This document shows, piece after piece, positions 30,047 through 39,814 of a stretch of 59,177 nt of DNA; the stretch's first letter is position 1; the number at the start of each line of letters is the position of its first letter. The DNA is taken from the NCBI GenBank assembly GCA_937916005.1, contig CALGIA010000111.1, forward strand, positions 1 through 59,177, written 5' to 3'. Position numbers and translations under genes: made by a program. This DNA is from an uncultured Rhodospirillaceae bacterium (lineage in GTDB: Bacteria > Pseudomonadota > Alphaproteobacteria > MPNO01). The notes below the pieces were generated by a model. The model saw nothing but the letters and a program-made list of their open reading frames with translations, had not been told where the DNA came from and did not search any database.

Positions 30047-33004
30047 ATGGCGAAAATCTTCACCATTCCGCCGGGGGCGTCCTTCGCCGACTCCCTGGCG
30101 CGCGGTGTGCTCGATCAATTTGGCGACGATCCCATGTCGTTGACGCGGATGACCATCCTGTTGCCGACCCGGCGGGCCTGCAGAACCCTTGCCGACGCCT
30201 TTCTGTCCCAGAGCCAGGGGCGCGCGCTTTTGCTTCCCAACATGATTCCGATCGGTGATTTGGGCTCGGACGAAAACGAAATCTCGGAAATTGCCAAATT
30301 CAACGGCGTGGAAATGGCGGCAATTCCGCCGGCAATTCCCCAACTGCGCCGCCGGCTGATGTTGACCCGGCTCATCCTGCAAAAGGCTGAGGCCGAGGAA
30401 GATGTTCATCATTCTCCGGCCCAGGCGGCGGAGCTGGCCGCCGAATTGGCGAGATTGCTCGATCAGGTTCAGACGGAGCGGCTGACCTTTACCGATTTGG
30501 CCGGTCTTGTCCCTGACGATTACGCGCGCCACTGGCAAATCACCCTCGACTTCCTGAAAATCGTGACCGAATCATGGCCCGCCGTTCTTGCGGAAATCGA
30601 TTGCCTGGATCCCGCCGAACGCCGCAACCGGGTGATCGCCGCGCGCATTGATGCCTGGCGCAAGAATCCGCCGGTGGAACCCATCATCGCGGCCGGGTCG
30701 ACGGGAACGATCCCGGCTACCGCCGAACTGATCGCCGCCGTGGCTGAATTGCCCGCGGGGATGGTTGTGCTGCCGGGGCTCGATAATTTTCTCGAGGACG
30801 ACGGCTTGTCCCATCTTGCCCCGTCCCATCCTCAGTTCGGCATGGTGTCGCTGCTCGACCGGCTCAGCCTGAAACCGTCCCAGGTGACGATCTGGCCTGG
30901 AGCGCAGGTGACGCCACAGGCTGCCGCGCGCGCGTCCCTGTTGCGCCATGCCATGCACCCCGCCGCCGCGCCAACCGCCGCCCTGAAGGACGGCGAAATC
31001 GACGTTGCCATTGCAGGCATGCAAGCCGTCAATTGCCCCAGCCCCAGGGAAGAGGCGGCGGTCATTGCGTTGATGTTGCGCGAACAGCTTGAGATACCCG
31101 ACAAGACCGCCGCCCTGGTCACCCCCGACCGCGCTCTGGCGCGGCGGGTCGCCATCGAAATGCGCCGATGGGGCGTGGAAATCAACGATTCGTCGGGGCG
31201 CAATCTGGGCGAAACGCCGCCCGGGGTCTTCCTGCGGCTGACGGCGACCATGGCGGCTGAAAACGCCGCGCCCATTGCGTTGCTCGCAGTGCTGAAACAT
31301 CCGCTGGCGGCAGGTGGAACCGCGCCGGCGGAATTCCGCGCCAGGGCGAGAGAACTGGAATGCGCGGTCCTGCGCGGGCCGAAGCCGGGCGGCGGCCTGA
31401 ACGGGTTGGTCCGGCTTATCCGGTCCGGCAAACATAGTGATGGGCTGGGGCCGTGGCTTGAAAACCTGGCTGAAATCGGCAGAAATTTTTCCGACCAGAT
31501 CGGGTCCGGCAAGCTGCCGATCAGCCAGTTGCTGGCGTCTCACGTGGCTTTTGCCGAGGCGATGGCGGCGACCGACCTGCGGCCCGGGACAGAACGGCTC
31601 TGGGCCGGTGAGGCCGGTGAAGCGGCGGCCGCCCTGATCAATGATCTTGCCGCCGCGTCTTCGGCCATGGGACCGATTCCCGGCGATTCCTGGCCCGCCT
31701 TCCTGGAGTCCATGATGGCCGATCTGGTGGTGCGGCCGCTCTACGGCCAGCATCCCCGGGTCAATATATGGGGGCCGCTGGAGGCCCGGCTGCAACGAGC
31801 CGATCTGGTGGTGCTGGGCGGTCTCAATGAAGGGTCGTGGCCGCGCGAGCCGGCCGCCGATCCCTGGATGAGCCGTCCCATGCGGGAGAAATTCGGCCTG
31901 TTCCCGCTGGAGCGCCGCGTCGGGCTTGCCGCCCATGACTTCGCCCAGGCCTTTACCGCCGAAAAGATTGCCTTGACCCGGGCCAACCGGGTCGAAGGTT
32001 CGCCGACCGTGCCGTCGCGCTGGTTGCTCCGACTCGACAACAGCTTGCGGCTCATGGGTCGGGACGGTGCGCTTACCGCCGGCCAGAACAGATGGCTGGC
32101 CTGGCAAGGCGCGCTCGACGCATCCCAGGGCGACATCCAGATTCGTGCGCCTGCCCCGCGCCCGCCTGTGGATATCCGCCCCCGCCAGCTATCGGTCACC
32201 CAGATCGAAACGCTGATGCGTGATCCCTATGGCATATATGCCCGGCACATTCTGCGGCTCAGGGCGCTGGAGCCCATCGATGCGGACCCGGGCGCGGCCG
32301 AGCGCGGCAATTTTATCCATCAGGCGCTGGATGATTTCCTGCGCGCGTTCCCCAACCACATCCCGGAGGACGCCCTGGACCGCATGCTGGAAATTGGCGA
32401 AAAAGCGTTCGGCGATGCGCTGGACCGGCCCGGCGTGCGGGCTTTCTGGTGGCCGCGATTTGAACGCATCGCCGACTGGTTTATCGATCAGGAACGTGAA
32501 TTTCGAACCCATCTGACCCGAATTCACAGCGAGGTCACGGGCCATATTGAAATCGCCGCACCCGCCGGGCCTTTCACGCTGACCGCCAAGGCCGACCGGG
32601 TGGATGAAATTCGGGGCGGCGGTTTGGCCATCGCGGATTACAAGACCGGCGCCATTCCCGCCCCGAAGGATATTCGCGGCGGCGTCTCGTCACAGCTATC
32701 CCTGGAAGCGGTGATCGCCGAAGCGGGCGGGTTTGAGGGCGTGCCGGCGGGCCTGGCCGCGACCTTGACCTACTGGAAGCTGTCCGGAGGCGACCCGCCG
32801 GGCGAGCTATCGCCGGCGGGCGCCGATATTGCCGCGCTGGCGGCGGAAGCCCGCACTGGTCTGGAAAACCTGATCGCCGAATTCGACGATCCGGAAACCC
32901 CTTATTTGTCCCAGCCCGACCCGTCGCGCGCGCCGCGATTTTCCGACTACAGGCATCTGGCGCGAATTCAGGAATGGATCGTCCAGAGCGGGGAAGAGCG
33001 ATGA
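30047..33004 (+). CDS. addB: double-strand break repair protein AddB (alphaproteobacterial type)
   Basis: 985-aa ORF with a C-terminal PD-(D/E)XK nuclease motif (KADRVDE...IADYKTG). It sits immediately upstream of, and overlaps, addA. Confidence 0.88.
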   Translation: MAKIFTIPPGASFADSLARGVLDQFGDDPMSLTRMTILLPTRRACRTLADAFLSQSQGRALLLPNMIPIGDLGSDENEISEIAKFNGVEMAAIPPAIPQLRRRLMLTRLILQKAEAEEDVHHSPAQAAELAAELARLLDQVQTERLTFTDLAGLVPDDYARHWQITLDFLKIVTESWPAVLAEIDCLDPAERRNRVIAARIDAWRKNPPVEPIIAAGSTGTIPATAELIAAVAELPAGMVVLPGLDNFLEDDGLSHLAPSHPQFGMVSLLDRLSLKPSQVTIWPGAQVTPQAAARASLLRHAMHPAAAPTAALKDGEIDVAIAGMQAVNCPSPREEAAVIALMLREQLEIPDKTAALVTPDRALARRVAIEMRRWGVEINDSSGRNLGETPPGVFLRLTATMAAENAAPIALLAVLKHPLAAGGTAPAEFRARARELECAVLRGPKPGGGLNGLVRLIRSGKHSDGLGPWLENLAEIGRNFSDQIGSGKLPISQLLASHVAFAEAMAATDLRPGTERLWAGEAGEAAAALINDLAAASSAMGPIPGDSWPAFLESMMADLVVRPLYGQHPRVNIWGPLEARLQRADLVVLGGLNEGSWPREPAADPWMSRPMREKFGLFPLERRVGLAAHDFAQAFTAEKIALTRANRVEGSPTVPSRWLLRLDNSLRLMGRDGALTAGQNRWLAWQGALDASQGDIQIRAPAPRPPVDIRPRQLSVTQIETLMRDPYGIYARHILRLRALEPIDADPGAAERGNFIHQALDDFLRAFPNHIPEDALDRMLEIGEKAFGDALDRPGVRAFWWPRFERIADWFIDQEREFRTHLTRIHSEVTGHIEIAAPAGPFTLTAKADRVDEIRGGGLAIADYKTGAIPAPKDIRGGVSSQLSLEAVIAEAGGFEGVPAGLAATLTYWKLSGGDPPGELSPAGADIAALAAEARTGLENLIAEFDDPETPYLSQPDPSRAPRFSDYRHLARIQEWIVQSGEER

Positions 33005-36000
33005 TGTCGGGTGAATTGCAACTTCATGACGCCCAGCGCCGGGCGGCCGAGCCGGCATTGTCGGTCTGGGTCGCGGCGTCCGCCGGTGCGGGAAAAACCA
33101 AGGTCCTGGTCGACCGGGTGCTGCGGCTGATGCTGTCGGGCACGCCGGTAGAGCGAATCCTGTGCCTGACATTTACCCGCGCCGCGGCGGCTGAAATGTC
33201 CAACCGCATCAAGAGCGCCTTGGGCGAATGGGCAATTATGGGTGCGGAAGACCTCGGCGGCGCGATCGAAAGTCTGACCGGTTCCGCGGCCCATGACGAT
33301 GCCATCTCAACCGCGCGGCGGCTTTTTGTTCAGGTTCTGGATGCGCCCGGCGGTCTGCGCATCATGACGATCCATTCCTTTTGCGAATCCCTGCTCGGAA
33401 GGTTCCCGCTGGAAGCCCGGGTCGCACCCCATTTCAGCGTCGTGGATGAACGCTCGGCGGCGGAGATCATGCATGAGGCGCGCGATGAATTGCTGGTCCG
33501 TACCGAGCGCGACGACGAGACCGAGCTGGCCGGGGCGCTGCGCGAAATAACCGGGCGGGTGGGAGAACAGGAATTCGTCGAGCTGATGACCGAACTCGCC
33601 GGCGAGAGAGGGCGGCTCAAGCGGCTGGCCGGGTCCGCCGACAGCATCGCGCGGCGCGAGGCGCGATTATACAGGCTTTTGCAGGCGTCACCCGGCGAAA
33701 CGGAAGCCCATATCATTGCCGGCGCCTGCGCCGAAGCCACCTTCGACCGGGAAGGCTTGAGGGAGGCCATGGAAGCCCTCGCCACGGGGACCAAAACCGA
33801 CATCGCGCGGGGCCTCGCCATCGCCGAATTCCTCGCCGCTGCCGATGACGCGGGTCGGATAGCTATTTTCGATGCCTATGCCGATGAATTGCTGCGAAAA
33901 GACCGGCGTCCCCAGGCCAGGCTGATGACCAAGAAACCGGCGGAAACTGCACCGGACGCGCCCGATACTCTGGCGGCGGAAGCGCTGAGACTGGCCGAAA
34001 TTTTCGAACGGCTGCGCGCCCAGGCGGTGGCTAGCGCCAGCGCGGCGCTGCTGCGGCTTGGCGACGGGCTGATCGGCGCGTACGAGACCCAGAAACGGCT
34101 ACGCGCCAAGCTTGATTATGACGATTTGATCCTGCTGGTCCGCGCCCTGCTGGAAAATGACGGGGCCGCGCCCTGGGTGCTTTATAAGCTCGATGGCGGG
34201 GTTGATCATATCCTGATCGACGAAGCCCAGGATACCAGCCCCGATCAATGGGCCATCGTGCGCGCGCTGGCCGATGAATTTTTCGTCGGGGCCAGCGCCC
34301 GCCCACAATCCCGAACCGTGTTTGCCGTCGGCGACCCCAAGCAATCGATCTTCAGTTTTCAGCGCGCCGCGCCGGAAGAATTCGAATTCATGCGGCGTCA
34401 TTTCGCCGATCGCGTCGCGGCGGCGGAACAACGATGGGACGATGTGGGGCTCGACATTTCATACCGGTCGGCGGAATCCGTGCTGCGGGCCGTCGATTCC
34501 GTGTTCGGCGACCCGGATTCGAGAGACGGGCTTGGCGATGCGCCACTGCGCCATGAAGCTTTCCGCGCCGGCCAGGCCGGGCTGGTCGAGATTTGGCCGG
34601 CGGTTTTACCCGATGCCCGCGATGAGCTCGACCCCTGGACGCCGCCCACATTGCTGAATTCGGCCATGCCGCCGCAATACAGGCTCGCCAACGCGCTGGC
34701 CGTCAGGATCGCGGACTGGCTTCAGTCGGGCGAAATTCTTGAAAGCCATGGGCGGCCCCTGCGGGCCGGCGACATCATGGTGCTGGTGCGCCGCCGCACG
34801 GCATTCGTTGACGATCTGGTCCAGGCGCTCAAGACCCGCGGCGTCCCGGTCGCCGGCGTCGACCGCATGGTTTTGGGCGATGAAATCGCGATCATGGATC
34901 TGGTGGCGCTGGGCCATTTTCTGCTTTTGCCCAGTGACGATTTGACTCTGGCCACAATCCTGAAGGGACCCTTGATCGGCTTCGATGAAGATCAGCTGTT
35001 TGATCTTGCTCATGGGCGGGACGATCGCGGCCTGTGGGAGGAACTGATCCGCCGCGCCCATGAGATCCCGGCATTTGCCGACGCGGTCGAATTTCTGATG
35101 GATCTGCTGAGCCGAACGGATTTCATGCCGCCCTTTGAGTTTTATGCCGACATCCTGACCCGTCTTGGCGGCCGTCAAAAAATCGTCGAACGTCTGGGGG
35201 TGCAGGCGAATGATCCGCTGGACGAGTTTTTATCCCTGACCCTGTCCCATGAACGGTCACACCCGCCGTCGCTGCAGGGTTTCCTGCATTGGTTCGCCGA
35301 AGGCAAAACCGAAATCAAGCGCGACCTGGAACATGCGGCGCGCGACGAAGTTCGGGTGATGACCGTTCACGGCGCCAAGGGGCTGCAAGCGCCTGTTGTC
35401 ATTCTTGCCGATACCATGCAAACGCCGAGCCACACGATGAAGCTGTTATGGACGGAAGAATCCGATGACGGCGCGCCATTGCTGGTATGGCGGCCGCGCG
35501 CCGAGCTGGAAGAAACGGTCACGGCCGGACTTGGCGCCGAGGCCAAACACAAGCGCGATCAGGAATATCGGCGGCTGCTGTATGTGGCCATGACGCGGGC
35601 CGAGGACCGGCTCTATGTGTGCGGATACGGCACGCAGAGGAAAGCGCCCGAAGGCTGCTGGTATAATCTGATCTGGAATGGCCTCCAGGATATCGCGGAC
35701 TGCGATGAAATCGAAATCGATGCTGCGGCGGCGGGCGGTTGGCGCGGCCCGAGTCTGCGTCTGGCCAATTCTCAATCCGCCGCGCCCGATAAAGCCATAG
35801 ATTCGGAAACATCATTCGGCGCGGTGACGCCTCTGCCGCTCTGGGCGCGCGAACATATTCAGGATGACGAACCGGCGCCCCGCCTGATACGGCCGTCGAT
35901 GCCGGCCGATGAGGAGCCAACCGTAATCCCGCCCTTGACCATAGGTGGCCAAGCGGCCTTCCGGCGCGGTAACCTGGTTCATCATCTGTTGGAAATTCTG

Positions 36001-36447
36001 CCCGAATTACCACCGGCGGACCGGCGCGAAACGGCGCTGCTGATCGGCCAACAGGAAATCCATGGGGTGTCGGCGGAAGATTGCGAAAATATTGTCGCCG
36101 CAATCATGACAATCCTGGATGACCCGGAGATGGCGGCGCTCTTCGGGCCGGGCTCCCGGGCGGAGGCGCCACTGGTCGGGGAGGTCAATAATATGGTGAT
36201 TTCCGGGCGGATCGACCGTATCGTCGTCGACGGCAAAACCATTAAAATCATCGATTTCAAGGCCAACCGCTCGCCGCCCGCGCGGGCAGGCGATATTCCG
36301 CCCATCTATTTGCGCCAGCTGGCAGCATATCGGGCGGTTCTACGAAAAATTTACCCTGATTATTCAATTGGTTGCGGACTTTTATGGACCGCCGGACCGC
36401 GATTGATGATGGTTGAGGATGCGCTGCTGGATCGCCATGAACCTTGA
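33001..36447 (+). CDS. addA: double-strand break repair helicase-nuclease AddA
   Basis: ATG 33001 overlaps the addB stop (ATGA). UvrD-like Walker [21 protein letters not shown], and a C-terminal nuclease GRIDRIVV...IIDFKAN. Confidence 0.92.
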   Translation: MMSGELQLHDAQRRAAEPALSVWVAASAGAGKTKVLVDRVLRLMLSGTPVERILCLTFTRAAAAEMSNRIKSALGEWAIMGAEDLGGAIESLTGSAAHDDAISTARRLFVQVLDAPGGLRIMTIHSFCESLLGRFPLEARVAPHFSVVDERSAAEIMHEARDELLVRTERDDETELAGALREITGRVGEQEFVELMTELAGERGRLKRLAGSADSIARREARLYRLLQASPGETEAHIIAGACAEATFDREGLREAMEALATGTKTDIARGLAIAEFLAAADDAGRIAIFDAYADELLRKDRRPQARLMTKKPAETAPDAPDTLAAEALRLAEIFERLRAQAVASASAALLRLGDGLIGAYETQKRLRAKLDYDDLILLVRALLENDGAAPWVLYKLDGGVDHILIDEAQDTSPDQWAIVRALADEFFVGASARPQSRTVFAVGDPKQSIFSFQRAAPEEFEFMRRHFADRVAAAEQRWDDVGLDISYRSAESVLRAVDSVFGDPDSRDGLGDAPLRHEAFRAGQAGLVEIWPAVLPDARDELDPWTPPTLLNSAMPPQYRLANALAVRIADWLQSGEILESHGRPLRAGDIMVLVRRRTAFVDDLVQALKTRGVPVAGVDRMVLGDEIAIMDLVALGHFLLLPSDDLTLATILKGPLIGFDEDQLFDLAHGRDDRGLWEELIRRAHEIPAFADAVEFLMDLLSRTDFMPPFEFYADILTRLGGRQKIVERLGVQANDPLDEFLSLTLSHERSHPPSLQGFLHWFAEGKTEIKRDLEHAARDEVRVMTVHGAKGLQAPVVILADTMQTPSHTMKLLWTEESDDGAPLLVWRPRAELEETVTAGLGAEAKHKRDQEYRRLLYVAMTRAEDRLYVCGYGTQRKAPEGCWYNLIWNGLQDIADCDEIEIDAAAAGGWRGPSLRLANSQSAAPDKAIDSETSFGAVTPLPLWAREHIQDDEPAPRLIRPSMPADEEPTVIPPLTIGGQAAFRRGNLVHHLLEILPELPPADRRETALLIGQQEIHGVSAEDCENIVAAIMTILDDPEMAALFGPGSRAEAPLVGEVNNMVISGRIDRIVVDGKTIKIIDFKANRSPPARAGDIPPIYLRQLAAYRAVLRKIYPDYSIGCGLLWTAGPRLMMVEDALLDRHEP

Positions 36448-36505
36448 CGAAAGGGCGGTCCAACAATACCTTCAAGGGAAGCTAAATCGAACCAGGGGCA
36501 TATTC

Positions 36506-36826
36506 ATGACAAGCAAACCGATTTCCGACGAAACGTTTGAAGCAGATGTTTTGAAAGCAGAAGGCGTGGTCCTGGTTGATTTCTGGGCTGAATGGTGCGG
36601 CCCCTGCAAACAGATCGGGCCTTTTCTGGAAGAAATCGGCGATGAAATGGCTGACCTGGTGACGGTTACCAAACTCAATATCGATGATAATCCCATGACG
36701 CCCTCGAAATTCGGCGTGCGCGGCATTCCCACGCTGATCCTGTTCAAGGATGGTGAGGTTGCGGCGACCAAAGTCGGCGCTGCGCCGAAAAGCCAATTGG
36801 TCGAATGGATTCAATCGGCGCTATAA
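36506..36826 (+). CDS. trxA: thioredoxin
   Basis: 106 aa from ATG 36506, with the [12 protein letters not shown] active site. The ORF-track start at 36413 overlaps addA and is too early. Confidence 0.96.
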   Translation: MTSKPISDETFEADVLKAEGVVLVDFWAEWCGPCKQIGPFLEEIGDEMADLVTVTKLNIDDNPMTPSKFGVRGIPTLILFKDGEVAATKVGAAPKSQLVEWIQSAL

Positions 36827-36844
36827 GCCACCTGCCGGAAGATC

Positions 36845-36880
36845 ATGAACTCCGCCCCGTGGCGGGGTTCATTTCGTTTG
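36845..36880 (+). terminator. intrinsic terminator of trxA
   Basis: ATGAACTCCGCC-CCGT-GGCGGGGTTCAT forms a 12-bp stem with one U-G wobble, followed by TTCGTTTG. On the - strand the wobble becomes an A-C mismatch and no T-tract follows. Confidence 0.7.
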
Positions 36881-36896
36881 GGGCGCGACAAAAAAC

Positions 36897-37085
36897 CTAA
36901 TGCCCGCCGCCACCGGCGCCTTCCTTCAGCGTGAACAGCCGATCGCAATAGGGGCACTCAACACGGCCTTTTTCGGCCAGGCTCAAATAGACTTTGGGGT
37001 GGCCCAGCGCGCCGCCGTCACCGTCGCAGGCGATGGTGGTTTGCTCAACCTCGATAGTTTCCGGCGGTTTGGTGGGTGTATTCAT
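36897..37085 (-). CDS. zf-CHCC zinc-finger protein (NDUFS6-like domain)
   Basis: 62 aa from ATG 37085: MNTPTKPPETIEVEQTTIACDGDGGALGHPKVYLSLAEKGRVECPYCDRLF. The C-x-H...CxxC pattern is typical of the zf-CHCC family. Confidence 0.75.
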   Translation of the reverse strand: MNTPTKPPETIEVEQTTIACDGDGGALGHPKVYLSLAEKGRVECPYCDRLFTLKEGAGGGGH

Positions 37086-37198
37086 GACCGAAGGTAAATC
37101 CGTCCGCTGTTGGGTGACGCCGATCCACATTGACCAGTGCGTCGGGTGGATGATACCCAAAGCCCGTAATCAATCAACCATCATGGTTTGACCGCATC

Positions 37199-38218
37199 AT
37201 GCCGCCTAAATACGCCGTTGAGACCATCGGCCTGACCAAGACCTATGCCGCGACCCACGATGGACCCGCCAAGAAGGCGTTGAACTCGGTCGATCTCGCG
37301 GTGCCACGGGGATCGATTTTCGGCCTGCTGGGCCCGAACGGAGCCGGAAAATCGACCTTTATCAATATTCTTGCCGGGCTGGTGGTCAAGTCGGGCGGCG
37401 CCGCGCGTGTCTGGGGCAGCGACATTGAAACCGATATGCGCCGCGCCCGGTCCGCGATCGGCGTGGTGCCGCAGGAAATCAATCTGGACGCATTTTTTTC
37501 ACCGCGTGAAGTGCTGGAAACCCAGGCCGGGATGTACGGCGTCCCCCGACGCGAACGGCGCACCATGGAAATTCTCAACGCGCTCGGTCTCGGCGACAAG
37601 GCCGACGCCTATGCCCGGTCCCTGTCGGGGGGCATGCGCCGCCGCCTGCTGGTCGCCAAGGCCCTGGTGCACACGCCGCCGGTTCTGGTGCTGGATGAAC
37701 CCACCGCCGGCGTGGACGTGGAATTGCGGCAACAGCTCTGGGCTTATTTCCGCGAGCTCAACAAGGCGGGGGTCACCATCATGTTGACGACCCACTATCT
37801 GGAAGAGGCCCAGGAGCTGTGCGATCAGATTGCGATCATCGACCATGGAAAGGTCGTGGTCTGCGAGGAAACGACCAAATTGCTCGGCCGGCTCGACCGC
37901 AAGGAGTTGGCGATTGTGGTCGGCCGGGATTTGGCCACGCCGCCGCCGGAACTGTCCAGGTGGCGCGTCGATCTGCAATCGCCGCGCCGGCTGACGATCC
38001 ACTTTCAGCCCAGTCTTACGTCTGTCGGGCAGATTCTCGACGCGGTGGCGAACGCCGGGCTTGAAATAATCGACCTCACCACCGAGGAAGCCGATCTTGA
38101 GGATGTTTTCCTGCGCCTGACCGGCAGCGTCTGCGCCGCGGAAGAACCCTCGGTCATGGGAACCGGCGATCCGCAGGCGGAAACCCTGGCGGTGACCCGT
38201 TCCCGCCCGAGCCCGTAA
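37199..38218 (+). CDS. ABC transporter ATP-binding protein (ABC-2/NatA-like) with C-terminal extension
   Basis: 339-aa ORF with Walker A GPNGAGKST, signature LSGGMRRRL and Walker B LVLDEPTAGVD. No permease gene is adjacent. Confidence 0.88.
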   Translation: MPPKYAVETIGLTKTYAATHDGPAKKALNSVDLAVPRGSIFGLLGPNGAGKSTFINILAGLVVKSGGAARVWGSDIETDMRRARSAIGVVPQEINLDAFFSPREVLETQAGMYGVPRRERRTMEILNALGLGDKADAYARSLSGGMRRRLLVAKALVHTPPVLVLDEPTAGVDVELRQQLWAYFRELNKAGVTIMLTTHYLEEAQELCDQIAIIDHGKVVVCEETTKLLGRLDRKELAIVVGRDLATPPPELSRWRVDLQSPRRLTIHFQPSLTSVGQILDAVANAGLEIIDLTTEEADLEDVFLRLTGSVCAAEEPSVMGTGDPQAETLAVTRSRPSP

Positions 38219-38224
38219 GCGCCT

Positions 38225-39205
38225 ATGAAAACGGTCCGGTGTCTGATTGTTCTTGTCGCGTTGGGTATGACGTCCTGTGCGCCGGTCGTGCAATCGGTCG
38301 GGCCGATAATCCGCGCGCCGGAATTCACAGGCGAAACCCTGGTCATGGGCGATGGCGCGGTCCTGCCGGTCCGTCACTGGTCGCCAAAGGGCGCGCCAAA
38401 GGCCGTTGTGATCGGGCTGCATGGATATAACGATTATTCCAACGCGTTTGCCGGCCCGGCGAAATTCTGGGCCACGCGCGGCATCGTGACCTATGCCCAT
38501 GACCAGCGGGGTTTTGGTGCCGCGCCCGAACGGGGCATTTGGGCCGGCGCGCCAGGCCTGGTCGGTGACGCCGTTGAAATGGCGCGTCTGGCGCGGCGCA
38601 AGCATCCCGGCATCCCGCTTTATTTCGTCGGGGTCAGCATGGGGGGCGCGGTCGCCATGCTGGCAATGACGCAAAAATTCGCCGGGAAAAGCCCCGCGGA
38701 CGGCGCGGTTCTTGTGGCGCCCGCCGTCTGGGGCCGCCGGCATATGAACGTCTTCCAACGCAGCGCGCTGTGGTTTTTTTCCCACACGGTTCCGTGGTTT
38801 CCGTTGACCGGCCAGGGGCTGAATATCAAGCCGTCGGATAATATACCCATGCTGCGCGCGCTGGGCCGCGATCCGCTGGTGCTGAAACAAAGCCGGGTCG
38901 ATTCGGTCCATGGGCTGGTTGACTTGATGGATCTCGCCTTTGCCGCCGCGCCCAAACTGACATCGCCCACATTAGCGCTGTATGGCGAAAAGGATGAGAT
39001 CGTGCCCGCCGGGCCCAGCTTCGAGGTGCTGAAACTCATGGCGCGGCGCAAGGCAACCCGGGTCGCGGTCTATGCCGGCGGCTATCACATGCTGCTGCGC
39101 GGCCTCAAGGCCCGAACCGTCCTTGGCGATATTGTGGCGTGGATCGAAAACACGGCCTCCCCCCTGCCGTCAAAGGCGGATTTAGCCTGGGTAGAGACGC
39201 GATAA
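38225..39205 (+). CDS. alpha/beta hydrolase lipoprotein (lysophospholipase / monoacylglycerol lipase-like)
   Basis: 326-aa ORF with the lipobox LVALGMTSC, an HG oxyanion motif (GLHGYNDY) and the nucleophile elbow GVSMGG. Confidence 0.8.
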   Translation: MKTVRCLIVLVALGMTSCAPVVQSVGPIIRAPEFTGETLVMGDGAVLPVRHWSPKGAPKAVVIGLHGYNDYSNAFAGPAKFWATRGIVTYAHDQRGFGAAPERGIWAGAPGLVGDAVEMARLARRKHPGIPLYFVGVSMGGAVAMLAMTQKFAGKSPADGAVLVAPAVWGRRHMNVFQRSALWFFSHTVPWFPLTGQGLNIKPSDNIPMLRALGRDPLVLKQSRVDSVHGLVDLMDLAFAAAPKLTSPTLALYGEKDEIVPAGPSFEVLKLMARRKATRVAVYAGGYHMLLRGLKARTVLGDIVAWIENTASPLPSKADLAWVETR

Positions 39206-39279
39206 ACGCCCTATCCAGAATAATTGCAGTCGCGCTTGGGTTGGAGTAGGTTGCCCGGCGCGCAAGATATGCGCAGTGT

Positions 39280-39356
39280 GCGCCCGTAGCTCAGTTGGAT
39301 AGAGTGCTGGCCTCCGAAGCCAGAAGTCACAGGTTCGAATCCTGTCGGGCGCACCA
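39280..39356 (+). tRNA. tRNA-Arg (anticodon CCG)
   Basis: GCGCCCGTAGCTCAGTTGGATAGAGTGCTGGCCTCCGAAGCCAGAAGTCACAGGTTCGAATCCTGTCGGGCGCACCA. Acceptor GCGCCCG/CGGGCGC, anticodon stem CTGGC/GCCAG with loop CUCCGAA, T-arm GGTTCGAATCC, and an encoded CCA. Confidence 0.95.
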
Positions 39357-39551
39357 TTTTTCCAACCTTTTCAGGCTTTGTGCCAGCGTTTTTCAAACTT
39401 TTGTTCGCTATTTGGCCTCTTCGCCGCATTACGGTTCAGTTGACAGGAAAGAAAAATCGACAATTGAACCAATGACTGTGAAGGAAGAGATGTTTTCCTG
39501 CGCGGATGTCGATCGTGAGATCGAACGATTGACGGACGAAATCAAGCTCTT

Positions 39552-39814
39552 ATACCAAGGAGCGCTGATGAAGGCTCATAGAGACGGCTTTTCAAGGTTT
39601 TCGGTTAGGAGCGCGTGGCGTGGCGATACGGTGTATCGGAAGACGCGCGCGACGACATCCGAAAGCCTTGAAAAGCCGCCGTTCCGGTCGCCTCCGCGCC
39701 CCGCCGGAGGTCGTCGTGAAACCTTACCGATGCACCGCATCGCCTGCGGTTCCGCTCCTACCCGGCGGGGCGCGGAGGCGATCTCTATGGGTCTTCATCA
39801 GCGCTCCTTGGTAT
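39552..39814. repeat. 263-nt nested inverted-repeat element (MITE/RIME-like mosaic repeat or highly structured RNA)
   Basis: The outer arm 39552-39584 pairs with 39782-39814 (33 bp). Inner palindrome A is 39585-39604/39659-39678 (20 bp), extended by 39611-16/39643-48 and 39624-29/39633-38. A 9-nt linker follows. Inner palindrome B is 39688-39707/39762-39781 (20 bp, perfect). TTA direct repeats lie at 39550-52 and 39814-16. Confidence 0.85.

Noticed and set aside
30572-32107. 511-aa - strand ORF antisense to addB; also 37499-38911 (-, 470 aa) and 47476-48813 (+, 445 aa)
   Set aside because: Each is antisense to a confidently identified gene (addB, the ABC ATPase plus hydrolase, argG) and shows the same shadow-frame composition.
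39552-39814. Retron msr/msd ncRNA, HEARO/omega-RNA or attC interpretation of the nested inverted repeats
   Set aside because: No reverse transcriptase, IscB/TnpB-like or integron integrase ORF lies within several kb on either strand. The flanking ORFs are a rhodanese gene and a tRNA. A decayed remnant cannot be excluded, but nothing supports it.
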